From: an uncultured Clostridia bacterium
GTDB taxonomy: Bacteria > Bacillota > Clostridia > TANB77 > CAG-465
Assembly (NCBI GenBank): GCA_944388565.1
Contig: CALXJG010000001.1
Span: 20,313 to 84,312 of the forward strand
Length of the DNA stretch: 64,000 nucleotides
Direction of reading: 5' to 3'
Made by a program: the position numbers and the translations under genes. The stretch's first letter is position 1; each line of letters opens with the position of its first letter. This document shows positions 49,361 through 59,932 of this stretch, in pieces. The notes below the pieces were generated by a model that worked only from the letters and a program-made list of their open reading frames with translations, searched no databases and was not told where the DNA came from.

Positions 49361-50611
49361 ATGAATAAATATAGAAGTGTAGTTAAACTCTTAAAAAAAT
49401 ATAATCAAGAGCAAGTGCTTGCTTTTTATAATACTTTACCAAAGGAAGAAAAAGAGTTACTACTTGATCAAGTGTTAAATATTGATTTTGAAAAATTAAT
49501 ATCGTTATATAATGAATTTCAAAAAGATGTATCATATACAGATGCGGTAATTACGCCTCTTGAACATGTTGAAGAGACAAAGTTATCATCATATATTAAA
49601 AGTAAATATGTTAAAAAAGGAGAAGAAATTATAGAAAATGGAGGACTTGCTGTAATAACTCTTGCAGGAGGTCAGGGAACAAGACTTGGACTTAGCTTAC
49701 CAAAGGGATTTTTTGAAGTTGAAACTAATCCCAAAAAATCTTTATTTCAGATACAATGTGAAACTTTGCAAATAGCAAATATTAAATATAATACGGTAAT
49801 ACATTGGTATATAATGACAAGTCCAGATAATGATAGTATTACTAAAGTATATTTTGAAGATAAGAAGTATTTTGGATATGGTAAAGAGAATGTAACATTT
49901 TTTAAACAAGATACATTGCCTGTTTTAGACTTTAACTCAAAATTAATTTTAGATAAAGCATATAAAGTAAAAGAAGTATCAAATGGTAATGGTGATGTTT
50001 TTTCTTCTTTACAAAGATATGGTTTAATTGAAGATATGGAGAAAAAAGGAATTAAATATGTTTTTATTGGAGGTATAGATAATATACTCTTAAAAACTGT
50101 AGATCCTCTATTTATTGGGCTTTGTGATATCGGAAATTGTAAAGTTGCATCTAAAACAATTACAAAAAATGAGAACGAAAAGGATGAATGGGTTTTTGCA
50201 AGAAGAGATGGAAAACCATCTATTGTTTCTAGTAAGAGAATTACAAAGGAAATGGAAGATAAGAAAGATGAAAACGGAAAATATTTATATAAAGAGATAA
50301 ACATACTTGCTCATCTTTTTTCAATTGATTCGTTAAAGCTTTGTGCAAATATTGACTTACCTTATCATTTAGCTGAAAAGAAGAATGATTATCTTAATGA
50401 TGAGGGTGTTAAAATTATGCCAAAATCACCTAATACATACAAATATGAGCAATTTATATTTGATGTATTCCCATATTTTGATAATATACTTCTTCTTAGT
50501 GTTAAAAGAGAAAGAGAATTTGCACCTATTAAATCTTTTACAGGTATACATACACCTGAAAGAGCTTTAGAGTTATATTTAAATGAGAGAAGAAATAGTA
50601 TAAAGGGATAA
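49361..50611 (+). CDS. UDPGP-family UDP-sugar pyrophosphorylase (UAP1-like uridylyltransferase)
   Basis: LAVITLAGGQGTRLGLSLPKG nucleotide-binding loop. Confidence 0.7.
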   Translation: MNKYRSVVKLLKKYNQEQVLAFYNTLPKEEKELLLDQVLNIDFEKLISLYNEFQKDVSYTDAVITPLEHVEETKLSSYIKSKYVKKGEEIIENGGLAVITLAGGQGTRLGLSLPKGFFEVETNPKKSLFQIQCETLQIANIKYNTVIHWYIMTSPDNDSITKVYFEDKKYFGYGKENVTFFKQDTLPVLDFNSKLILDKAYKVKEVSNGNGDVFSSLQRYGLIEDMEKKGIKYVFIGGIDNILLKTVDPLFIGLCDIGNCKVASKTITKNENEKDEWVFARRDGKPSIVSSKRITKEMEDKKDENGKYLYKEINILAHLFSIDSLKLCANIDLPYHLAEKKNDYLNDEGVKIMPKSPNTYKYEQFIFDVFPYFDNILLLSVKREREFAPIKSFTGIHTPERALELYLNERRNSIKG

Positions 50612-50618
50612 TATTTAT

Positions 50619-50652
50619 ATAAGAATGGGTTAAGCACTCATTCTTTATTTTT
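50619..50652 (+). terminator. rho-independent terminator
   Basis: aagaatg-ggttaagcact-cattctt + T-run. Confidence 0.6.
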
Positions 50653-50813
50653 TAAAAATGAGTTGACATAAATATAAAAATGTGATATAATATATATTAG
50701 TAGTGATTGATGATTAGGATTTAAATAAAGACTAATGAAACAAACTAGCTAAAAGTTTATTTTTCTTTATTATCTTATTCATCTTTCTAAATATTATATA
50801 AAGGAGCGGCATT

Positions 50814-51650
50814 ATGGCAAAGAAGTATTTTAGCATTAGAGAGGCAATCCGTCTTGCAGAGTCCGGTATGACACGGCAGGAGCTGATTGAGTATTTTGGG
50901 CTTACAGAGTCCGAATACAAGAAAAAGTTTGCCAGCTTTTCTGAGGCAAACAGAAAGCGGCTTAAGTGTTTGCTTATTGCTGCAAGTGGTAAGAAAAAGA
51001 AGAAGCCGATTGAAAAACCGGTTATTCTGGAGGTAAACAAGAATAAAGAAGAAGTAATGGAGGTATGGGATACCTCATATATTCTCCATATTGCAAATCT
51101 TGAAGGGGATATGTCAAATGTAGTTATCCTTCCTGAGGTATACCAGCAGCTGGCGTATCACGAAAGGAGAGGAAATGGAAAGATTTGTCGTCTTTTCCAT
51201 ATGATCTTAGATGGAAGAGCTAAGGTAAACCTGGTAGCCGAATCTTTTGTCCCCGATAATGTCCCTAAGGATGAAGACCCGGCAGATTATGAGTTGTACG
51301 AGTATGTAAGACAGCATAAAAATACTGTTTTGTATACTTGCGATAAGTCACTTGCAATTAAGTGCCTTAGAGCAAATCTCCCTTATAAGTTTTTTAATAG
51401 GGGAGAGTATGGTACAAAAAGAGAAGAAGGACTGATTATAAGAAGGGGAAAGCTCTTTGGGGTCAATCCTAATCGAAAAGATGTCCTGGTGTTCGATAGA
51501 GCAAACAGGATTAAAAGAATGAACAAGCATTTTTTGATTCCTGTTCAGTACGGCGATATCGTCGTATGCGGAGATAAGACCTATATGGTCTTAAATTCAG
51601 AAGGAAAGATGGAGGAGATAGAAGGTAAAAAGAATAATAGGTTAGCGTAA
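50814..51650 (+). CDS. hypothetical protein of foreign composition; candidate PIN-like nuclease domain with N-terminal HTH-like segment
   Basis: much GC-richer than flanks; VWDTSYILHI...VVILPEVYQQL...YTCDKSLAIKCL resembles PIN motifs. Confidence 0.45.
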   Translation: MAKKYFSIREAIRLAESGMTRQELIEYFGLTESEYKKKFASFSEANRKRLKCLLIAASGKKKKKPIEKPVILEVNKNKEEVMEVWDTSYILHIANLEGDMSNVVILPEVYQQLAYHERRGNGKICRLFHMILDGRAKVNLVAESFVPDNVPKDEDPADYELYEYVRQHKNTVLYTCDKSLAIKCLRANLPYKFFNRGEYGTKREEGLIIRRGKLFGVNPNRKDVLVFDRANRIKRMNKHFLIPVQYGDIVVCGDKTYMVLNSEGKMEEIEGKKNNRLA

Positions 51651-51666
51651 CAACATTTAGCATCCA

Positions 51667-51710
51667 AAAGGCCACATATGTGTTTACATATGTGGTCAAT
51701 TTTTTTCTTT
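51667..51710. terminator. bidirectional terminator hairpin
   Basis: ggccacatatgt-gttt-acatatgtggtc + T-run. Confidence 0.65.
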
Positions 51711-52151
51711 TAAATATGCAATGGTAACTCCGTAACTTCCTTCAAAGTAATCTGCTAACTGGTATTTATCTATATATGGACTAGAACTTAAGTATTTATG
51801 AACTGCTTTTCTAAGAATTCCACCATGTCTACCATGTATAATTCTCACACGTTTTGCTCTATGAGCTATAGCATCACTAATGAATACATCAAGATTATAT
51901 AATGCTACTTCAACAGTTTGATGTCTAAGCATTATTTCTTCATTAAAATCATCACTGTTTAATGTATATTTTATATTAACATTATTTTTGTTATCTATTT
52001 TCTTGTTTGATAATCTAATTTTATCTTCACTAGTTTTTAAAATACTAGAGTTTGGAATTATCTTTATAGTATAGATATTATTATTTTTTCTTATTATTTT
52101 TCCAATTAAATTAGTATTAATAATTTCAACTAAATCTCCTATATTGTACAT
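51696..52151 (-). CDS. Smr-domain protein
   Basis: C-terminus LRHQTVEVALYNLDVFISDAIAHRAKRVRIIHGRHGGILRKAVHKYL matches Smr/MutS2 C-terminal nickase domain. Confidence 0.7.
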   Translation of the reverse strand: MYNIGDLVEIINTNLIGKIIRKNNNIYTIKIIPNSSILKTSEDKIRLSNKKIDNKNNVNIKYTLNSDDFNEEIMLRHQTVEVALYNLDVFISDAIAHRAKRVRIIHGRHGGILRKAVHKYLSSSPYIDKYQLADYFEGSYGVTIAYLKEKN

Positions 52152-52250
52152 AACAAAATTCCTTTCGCACTTATTATATCATAATTTAAATTATTTTACA
52201 ATTATATAAAAAAAGAGCGCCACTTTAATTTAAAGTGACACCCTATTTAA

Positions 52251-52976
52251 TTAAAAATCGTACTCGATGAACATAGCAGCCTCTTCTGTATTAAAGGTTT
52301 TTGTTTCTTTTAATACTAAGCCCTCGTCATAAATCTCCAATTCTGTAGGGGAATTCCAGACAAGGTAGTCATTGCGGTCTGTCCTAAAAATATACCACTT
52401 CCATTTTTTGAATACAAACTTACCACTATTAGTGTCTAATATATTATAATCAATATAATTCTCATCTCTAGCACCTAAAATCGCATAAGGATCAATTTCA
52501 TCTCCAATTAGGCTTAAATCCTCCTTAAAGAGAGGAGTGAAATTTGGAGATACAATGTTGTAGGTTTCTTCACGAGGCTTTTTTATAAGAATATTTCCAT
52601 TTTCACATATTCTCAAAGGTATAAAGTCATCAAGATTTTTCATAAGCTTAGTAACTTCAGTAAGTTCTCCACTTACATTCAGAAAAAACCAGTCTTCCTT
52701 TATTTTTAATGCTGCAATGAAGTCTTTCATATTCATTTCAACAATTTCGGTTGCGTTTATGCCCATAATAATGAAACCAAAACCTGCTTTATACACGGAG
52801 TGAGTATTATCATTCTTAATGATATAAACATAATCTTCATTATCTAAGAAGCAAGCGTAAATACATCCTAATATTAAAGTTTTAACTTTCCGAATGTAAT
52901 CAATGATGATTGTATTTCCATCAGCGTAATGGAATCCGAGAGTACCAATTGTGTTTCTTTTTTCGTTTGTCTTCAT
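52251..52976 (-). CDS. hypothetical protein (241 aa)
   Basis: ORF, moderately GC-enriched vs surroundings. Confidence 0.45.
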   Translation of the reverse strand: MKTNEKRNTIGTLGFHYADGNTIIIDYIRKVKTLILGCIYACFLDNEDYVYIIKNDNTHSVYKAGFGFIIMGINATEIVEMNMKDFIAALKIKEDWFFLNVSGELTEVTKLMKNLDDFIPLRICENGNILIKKPREETYNIVSPNFTPLFKEDLSLIGDEIDPYAILGARDENYIDYNILDTNSGKFVFKKWKWYIFRTDRNDYLVWNSPTELEIYDEGLVLKETKTFNTEEAAMFIEYDF

Positions 52977-53226
52977 GATGTAAACCCTCCTAAAGGTATA
53001 AATTATATTACTATTATAGCAAAAAAAAATATTTATGTCAAGTCTTCTGCTTAAAACATTTTAAGAACTAGTAAAAATAATTCAAATCTTATACATTTGG
53101 TATATAAAATATATTTTATTGTTATAAATACATTTCATCAAATTTTCACATTTAAACTATTTACAAATAATTATTTCTGTGTTAAAATATTTCCTATTGC
53201 AAAACATTATTTGCAGGAGGTAGGAT

Positions 53227-53685
53227 ATGCCAAATATTAAACTTGCTAATGAACTTATGGACACATTTATGTGTATAAAAAATCAACAATTTCATAAAAT
53301 TATAGAAGTTGATGGTTATACTCATAATGAAAAACTTGTACTATTTATTTTACATGATATATATCTAGAAACAGGAGAAAACAAAATATTGTTATCTACT
53401 TTAAGAGATAGAATTAAACTTGCACCATCTACAATTACACCTTTAATTTCATCTCTTGAGAAAGATGGACTTATTGAAAGAGTAATAGTAAAAGAGGATA
53501 GAAGAAATATATATCTAAAATTATCCAAAAAAGGTATTAATTTTACAAATGAAGCTCATACCAATTTATATAATAATATAAATAGATATATAGAATATAT
53601 GGGTGAAGATGATACAAAAGAATTCATAAGATTATTAACAAAAACAAAGCAGTTTTTTAATGAAAGAAAGGAGAATAATATATGA
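53227..53685 (+). CDS. MarR-family transcriptional regulator
   Basis: wHTH region LSTLRDRIKLAPSTITPLISSLEKDGLIERV; precedes ABC exporter pair. Confidence 0.75.
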   Translation: MPNIKLANELMDTFMCIKNQQFHKIIEVDGYTHNEKLVLFILHDIYLETGENKILLSTLRDRIKLAPSTITPLISSLEKDGLIERVIVKEDRRNIYLKLSKKGINFTNEAHTNLYNNINRYIEYMGEDDTKEFIRLLTKTKQFFNERKENNI

Positions 53686-55427
53686 AGAAAACTTTACAAT
53701 GCCTAAAACCTTTTGCCCCTATGATTATACTTGGTATTATATTAACATTTACACAATCTATGTTAAGTTTATATTTACCAAATTTAATGTCTAGTATAGT
53801 AAATAATGGTATAGTAGGGCAAGACTTAGATGAAGTGTTTAGATATGGTAGATATATGCTATATGTTACACTTGGATTTATGGCATGTGCTATTAGTGCC
53901 ACTTTCGTTGCTTCAAGAGTTTCAGCAGGTTTTGCTAACAAACTTAGAAATGCAATATATAGTAAAGTGCAAAAATTTTCATTAACAGAGTATAAGAAGA
54001 TATCTACATCATCTTTAATAACAAGAACTACTAACGATGTTACTCAAGTACAACAACTTACTTTAATGTCTATGCGTATGATGGTACAAGCACCACTTAT
54101 GTGTATAGGTGGAATTATAATGGCATTATCAAAGAATAAACAATTATCATTCTTATTTGTAATTGTTATACCATTATTACTTGTAGCAATTATATTACTC
54201 GCTAAAAAGATATTACCATTATTTACAAAATTACAAAAACTTACAGATAGAATTAATCAGGTTATACGTGAAAAACTAACAGGTGTAAGAGTAATTCGTG
54301 CATTTGCTACACAAGGTTATGAAAGAAAAAGATATGACAAAGCAAACAAAGATATATATGAAGTATCTTTAAAAGCTTCATATAGAATGGCAATACTAAT
54401 GCCAGTAGTTATGTTTGTAATAAATATGTCTAGTGTTGCTGTTGTTTGGTTTGGTTCTCATTTAGTTGGTGATGGAGCTATGCAAATTGGTGATATGATG
54501 GCATTTATGCAATATGCAATACAAGTATTATTTTCAATACTTGCCGTTACAATGCTATTTGTTATGATACCAAGAGCTATGGTTTCAGTAAAGAGAATAA
54601 ATGAAGTTTTAGATACAGAATCTGTTATAAAAGAAAAAACAGAATTTGTTCCTAAAGAGAAATTTACAAAACCAGGTGAAATTGAATTTATAAATGCAAC
54701 ATTTAAGTATTTAGATGGTGATGAACCAGTATTAAGTGATATGAACTTTAAAATTGAAAAAGGTCAGACAGTTGCAATTCTAGGTGGAACTGGTTCAGGT
54801 AAAACTAGTCTTCTTAGCCTTATAATGAGATTTTATGATATAACTTCTGGTACTATTAAAGTTGGTGGTGTAGATATAAAAGATATACCACTTGAACAAT
54901 TAAGAGATATGATGGGTTATGTTCCACAAAAATCAGTATTGTTTTCTGGAACAATTGAAAGCAATATAAAATATGGAAAACAAGATGCAACTGAAGAAGA
55001 AATGATAAGAGCTGCTAAGATATCTCAAAGTTACGACTTTATCAATTCTTTAGATGAGAAATTTAATGCTCCTGTTGCTCAAGGAGGAACTAACTTCTCT
55101 GGAGGACAAAAACAAAGATTATCTATTGCAAGAGCTATTGTAAAAAATCCTGATATTTATTTATTTGATGATAGCTTTTCAGCACTTGATTTCCAAACTG
55201 ACAAAAAGTTAAGAGAAGCTTTAGCGGAAAATGTAAGTGGTGCTACTGTTGTAATAGTTGCACAACGTGTAAGTACTGTTTTAAATGCTGATAAAATATT
55301 ATTTATAGATGAAGGTAAAATAATTGCACAAGGTACACATAAAGAATTGTATAATTCATGTGAAGAATACAGAGAAGTTGTATTATCACAAATTACTGAG
55401 GAGGAGGCGATAAATGGTGGAAAATAA
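53682..55427 (+). CDS. ABC transporter permease/ATP-binding protein (heterodimeric multidrug-exporter subunit)
   Basis: 6 TM + NBD; Walker A GGTGSGKTS, signature FSGGQKQRLSIARA, Walker B IYLFDDSFSALD. Confidence 0.85.
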   Translation: MKKTLQCLKPFAPMIILGIILTFTQSMLSLYLPNLMSSIVNNGIVGQDLDEVFRYGRYMLYVTLGFMACAISATFVASRVSAGFANKLRNAIYSKVQKFSLTEYKKISTSSLITRTTNDVTQVQQLTLMSMRMMVQAPLMCIGGIIMALSKNKQLSFLFVIVIPLLLVAIILLAKKILPLFTKLQKLTDRINQVIREKLTGVRVIRAFATQGYERKRYDKANKDIYEVSLKASYRMAILMPVVMFVINMSSVAVVWFGSHLVGDGAMQIGDMMAFMQYAIQVLFSILAVTMLFVMIPRAMVSVKRINEVLDTESVIKEKTEFVPKEKFTKPGEIEFINATFKYLDGDEPVLSDMNFKIEKGQTVAILGGTGSGKTSLLSLIMRFYDITSGTIKVGGVDIKDIPLEQLRDMMGYVPQKSVLFSGTIESNIKYGKQDATEEEMIRAAKISQSYDFINSLDEKFNAPVAQGGTNFSGGQKQRLSIARAIVKNPDIYLFDDSFSALDFQTDKKLREALAENVSGATVVIVAQRVSTVLNADKILFIDEGKIIAQGTHKELYNSCEEYREVVLSQITEEEAINGGK

Positions 55428-57432
55428 AAAAGATATAAGAAAACATCATGGTGGTCCAATGGGTAAAGGCCCTGGATTTGCTGGCGTAGCAGATAAGCCA
55501 AAGGATTTTTCGAAAACTTTAAAAAGATTAATAAAATATATTGGAAAATATAATAAAGTTATACTTTTAGTTGTATTTGTATTAATATGTTCTACTATTT
55601 TATCAACACTTTCTCCTAAAGTACTTGGTAAAGCTACAACAGAACTTGGAAATAATGTTATACAAAAGGTTGGATATTCACAAATTCAAGGTTATCTTGC
55701 AAATTTACCTGAACAAGTAAGAAATCAAATCCCAGAAGGTGCTACAATACAAACACTTATTGATATGAATTTAATATCTGCTGATGTAGCTGAAAAATTA
55801 CCTGTTATTGCAAGAGATATTTCATTAACTGTAGAACCAACTATAAACTATAACTATATAGGAAAAATATTATTGATAATACTTGCTATGTACTTTACAA
55901 GTGCATTATTTACATATATATCTACTAGAAGTATGGCATATATTGCTCAAAAAGTTACATATAGCTTAAGAAAAGAAATTGATGAAAAATTAGATAGATT
56001 ACCATTAAAATTTTTTGATAAACATACTCATGGTGAAATACTAAGCCGTGTTACAAGTGATGTTGATATGGTAAGTAGTACACTTGAACAAACTATAGTT
56101 CAAATATTACAATCAGTATTTACTATTATCGGTATTTTAGTTATGATGATTTCAATAAGTTTGAGTATGGCTGGAGTTGCTATATTAATAGTCCCAGTAA
56201 GTCTTATATTTATAAGTGGTATAATTAAAATATCACAAAAGTACTTTATAAGACAACAGAAAGTAATTGGTGAACTTAATGGTCAAGTAGAAGAAACATA
56301 TTCTGGTAATTTAGTTATACAGGCTTTCAATATGCAAGATGAAGAAATAAAACAATTTGGAAAAATTAATAATGAACTATATAGATGTGGATGGAAATCA
56401 CAATTCTTATCTGGTCTTATGATGCCAATTATAAATGGTATTAGTAATCTTGGATATGTTGGAATTTGTATTTTAGGTGCTAAACTTGCTATAGATGGAA
56501 AGATGACAATAGGTGATATTCAAGCTTTTGTTCAATATACACATCAATTTACACAACCAATAGGTCAAACTGCTAATATGTTAAATTTAGTTCAAGGAGC
56601 TGTTGCAGCTGCTGAGCGTGTATTTGAAATATTAGATGAAAAAGAAGAAGAACCAGATACAAATACTCCTGTAAAAATAGAAAGAAAAGCTAAAGTAGTT
56701 GAATTTGATAAAGTAGAATTTAGTTATGAAAAAGGTCAAAAATTAATCGAAGATTGGAGTTTAACTGTAAATGAGGGTGAAACAGTAGCTATTGTTGGAC
56801 CTACAGGTGCAGGAAAAACTACAATTGTAAATCTACTTATGAGATTCTATGAAATAAATGGAGGTCAGATTAGAATAAATGGAGTATCTACAAAAGATAT
56901 GACAAGAGATGACCTTAGAACTATGTTTTCAATGGTTTTACAAGATACATGGCTATTTAATGGAACAATAAAAGAAAACTTAAGGTATGGAAGACAAGAT
57001 GCTACTGATGAAGAAATATATGAAGCAGCAAAACTTGCACATGCACATCACTTTATAAAAGCTTTACCTGGTGGCTATGATTTTGTATTAAATGAAGAAG
57101 CAAATAACGTATCACAAGGTGAGAAACAATTACTTACAATTACAAGAGCTATTGTTGCAAATTCTCCAATATTAATACTTGATGAAGCAACAAGTAATGT
57201 TGATACAAGAACAGAAGAAATAATCCAAAAAGCTATGAATAAGCTTATGGAAGGTAGAACAAGTTTTGTTATTGCACATAGACTATCAACTATTAGAAAT
57301 GCAGATGTAATATTATTTATGGATCATGGTAGAATAATTGAACGTGGTAAACATGAAGAATTACTTGCTAAAAATGGTGCATATGCAAAATTATATAATA
57401 GTCAATTTACTGAAGAAATGGAAGAGGCTTAA
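55414..57432 (+). CDS. ABC transporter permease/ATP-binding protein (second subunit of heterodimeric exporter)
   Basis: GPTGAGKTT, VSQGEKQLLTITRA, ILILDEATS, H-loop IAHRLST. Confidence 0.85.
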   Translation: MVENKKDIRKHHGGPMGKGPGFAGVADKPKDFSKTLKRLIKYIGKYNKVILLVVFVLICSTILSTLSPKVLGKATTELGNNVIQKVGYSQIQGYLANLPEQVRNQIPEGATIQTLIDMNLISADVAEKLPVIARDISLTVEPTINYNYIGKILLIILAMYFTSALFTYISTRSMAYIAQKVTYSLRKEIDEKLDRLPLKFFDKHTHGEILSRVTSDVDMVSSTLEQTIVQILQSVFTIIGILVMMISISLSMAGVAILIVPVSLIFISGIIKISQKYFIRQQKVIGELNGQVEETYSGNLVIQAFNMQDEEIKQFGKINNELYRCGWKSQFLSGLMMPIINGISNLGYVGICILGAKLAIDGKMTIGDIQAFVQYTHQFTQPIGQTANMLNLVQGAVAAAERVFEILDEKEEEPDTNTPVKIERKAKVVEFDKVEFSYEKGQKLIEDWSLTVNEGETVAIVGPTGAGKTTIVNLLMRFYEINGGQIRINGVSTKDMTRDDLRTMFSMVLQDTWLFNGTIKENLRYGRQDATDEEIYEAAKLAHAHHFIKALPGGYDFVLNEEANNVSQGEKQLLTITRAIVANSPILILDEATSNVDTRTEEIIQKAMNKLMEGRTSFVIAHRLSTIRNADVILFMDHGRIIERGKHEELLAKNGAYAKLYNSQFTEEMEEA

Positions 57433-57451
57433 ATTTAAAATATAATTTATA

Positions 57452-57526
57452 AATAACCCTGATTAGTTATATGTAATATTTTCTACTTCATATACTAATT
57501 AGGGTTATTATTTTTTATTAATTTTC
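57452..57526 (+). terminator. long-stem rho-independent terminator
   Basis: aataaccctgattagt...actaattagggttatt + TTTTTT. Confidence 0.65.
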
Positions 57527-57599
57527 CAAAAATTAAAACCATTTATTGAACTTAGATAAAATATATATTATAATAAAAATAAGTTTATATGGTGAAATT

Positions 57600-58094
57600 A
57601 TGAATAAAAAAATATTTATATTATTAATTGTATTAATTTTAATTATTATATTGCTTAGTGTAGTTTTTATAATTTTTTGCAACAAAAAAAACGAAGGAAA
57701 TGAAATTGCCGCAATCAATTTGTATGAAGAATTAATTGATAAGATTTTAGAAAATAGTGTATATGAAAGCGATAATTATATATCAATAGATACGACTTCT
57801 TTTATAGATCCATTAAATAACAACATTCTTTCTGAAAACGCACAAACAGAGATATTAGATTATTGTAGAAAATATAACAAAGTGATTTACAAAAGTAATG
57901 GTATAGATTTAAAAGATGAGTCCTTAGAAGGAGTTAAAATCACTTTTAATATTAGAAAGAAGAAAAAAGAAACAATAAACATTGATGTTAATTGTTATAG
58001 ATCTAATTTAGGTAGTGGTGGTAGGGAGTATATTTGTACTTATAGTAATAATACATGGAATATATCAAATGGTACTACTGTATGGAGTTCTTAA
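57600..58094 (+). CDS. hypothetical signal-anchored protein
   Basis: ATG 57600 after GGTGAA; N-terminal TM IFILLIVLILIIILLSVVFIIF. Confidence 0.45.
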   Translation: MNKKIFILLIVLILIIILLSVVFIIFCNKKNEGNEIAAINLYEELIDKILENSVYESDNYISIDTTSFIDPLNNNILSENAQTEILDYCRKYNKVIYKSNGIDLKDESLEGVKITFNIRKKKKETINIDVNCYRSNLGSGGREYICTYSNNTWNISNGTTVWSS

Positions 58095-58306
58095 ATAAAA
58101 AGGGTAAAGGAGAATCATTTTTGATTCTCTTTTTAGTATATATAATTTTTTTATTATATATTTTGTTATTTTGTAGATATATAAATGAACATAATTAGTC
58201 GTATAATAATAGATATATTAAATATAATATTACTAAATAATATTTGACAAAATAAGTTATATAGAATATAATTTATACATATAAGATATGTTTAAAGGGG
58301 AAAGTA

Positions 58307-59446
58307 ATGAAAATAGAAGATAAAAAATTTGATTTTAAGTTTTTAAATTTCATGATGTACTTTGGTTTTGCTGTTGCAATATATTTTTTACTTAAAAATA
58401 TAGGTATGCTGGATAAAATAATAGAATCGATTGTTGCATTAACACCTGTTTTTTTAGGTATTATACTTTGTTGGATTTCAACACCACTTACAAATAAATT
58501 AAGAAAAATTGGACTTAGTAAAAATTTATCTGCCATATTATCTCTTATTTTAATATTTGGATTGATAATAGTTGTGTTTTCTATGATTGTTCCAATTTTT
58601 ATATCTCAGTTTAGCAATTTAATTAAAGATTTTCCTAGCATTTATGATGACATAGTAGATAAATTAAATCCATTTTTAAATGAAAATTTAAATATTGATG
58701 CAAATATAAAACATTTTAATGAAATAATATCAAAAGATATTATATTAGATAATTTAGATAATATACTTACTTATTCTATATCAACATTGCAAAGTGTATT
58801 TTCAGTTTTAGTTACTATAGGTACAACAATTGTAGTTTCTTTCTTTATGGTAAAAGATATGGATAAATTTAAAGAAAGAATAATTATGTTTTTTTCTAGA
58901 AATGGAAAAGGTGGAAAAACATATAAGATGTTATCAGAAATTGATGCTGCTGTAATGTCTTATGTTAAAGGAACAATACTTGATAGTATAATAGTTGGTA
59001 TTTTAACAACTATAGTTTGTTTGATATTAGGACTTGATTATGCAATTGTTTTTGGAATCCTTATAACTATATTAAATTTAATACCATATATAGGAGCTTT
59101 ACTTTCAGAATTAATAGTTGCCCTTTATGCTTTAACAGTAGGTGGCCCTATATTTGCTATAGTAACATTTGCTTGTTTACTTCTTGTACAAATAATTGAT
59201 GCTAATATATTACAACCAAATATAATAGGTAAATCTGTAAATTTACATCCAGTTGTCGTAATTGGTGGACTTATTGTATTTAATCTTTTGTTTGGAATTG
59301 TTGGTATGATAATTGCTATGCCAATACTTGCAATACTTAAAATAATAATTGAATATAAATTTAGTGTTCAATTTGATGAAATAGAGACAAAAGAGGATAT
59401 AGCAAAAAACAAGAAAATTCTAAAAGCAAAAAGTAAGGAAAAGTAA
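58307..59446 (+). CDS. AI-2E family transporter (PerM/YhhT-like)
   Basis: 8 TM topology, conserved IPYIGALLS... region, size 379 aa. Confidence 0.75.
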   Translation: MKIEDKKFDFKFLNFMMYFGFAVAIYFLLKNIGMLDKIIESIVALTPVFLGIILCWISTPLTNKLRKIGLSKNLSAILSLILIFGLIIVVFSMIVPIFISQFSNLIKDFPSIYDDIVDKLNPFLNENLNIDANIKHFNEIISKDIILDNLDNILTYSISTLQSVFSVLVTIGTTIVVSFFMVKDMDKFKERIIMFFSRNGKGGKTYKMLSEIDAAVMSYVKGTILDSIIVGILTTIVCLILGLDYAIVFGILITILNLIPYIGALLSELIVALYALTVGGPIFAIVTFACLLLVQIIDANILQPNIIGKSVNLHPVVVIGGLIVFNLLFGIVGMIIAMPILAILKIIIEYKFSVQFDEIETKEDIAKNKKILKAKSKEK

Positions 59447-59469
59447 TAATTATAATGAGGGGGATAAAT

Positions 59470-59901
59470 ATGTTAAGTAACAAAAGAGGTATATCGTTAA
59501 TAGTACTTGCAATTACTATAGTAATAATTACTATTTTAGCTGTTGCAGTAATATTATCTTTTAACAGTAATAATCCTATAGATAATGCTTATGAGGCTAC
59601 TTTTAAATCTAATATAAGGAATATGTATGAAGAACTAAATGTATATTTTTCAGATTTGGATAATGAGTCTTATGGAGAATTTGATCCATCCAAATTTTCA
59701 GCAGATTTTTCTAGTGTGTCATATACTGGAAGAGGAGTTGAAATTGAAGAAAAAAACATAACAGAAATAATAACTGTATTAAATCAATTACCAGATTATA
59801 GAGATGCTGTTTTTATAATTAACGGAAAATTAACATTAGATTCAACTAGATTTTCTGAAGAACAAATGAACTGGGCAAGAGAAGTGTTAGAAAATAAATA
59901 A
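59470..59901 (+). CDS. pilin/pseudopilin-like protein, paralog of 45427 gene N-terminal domain (MLSNKRG/ISLIVLAITIVIITILAVAVI...NNPIDNAYEATFKS)
   Basis: GAGGGGGA RBS, ATG 59470; ~55-aa N-terminal region closely similar to 45427 product. Confidence 0.55.
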   Translation: MLSNKRGISLIVLAITIVIITILAVAVILSFNSNNPIDNAYEATFKSNIRNMYEELNVYFSDLDNESYGEFDPSKFSADFSSVSYTGRGVEIEEKNITEIITVLNQLPDYRDAVFIINGKLTLDSTRFSEEQMNWAREVLENK

Positions 59902-59932
59902 TTTAAAAGGACAAAGTTTTCTTTGCCCTTTT

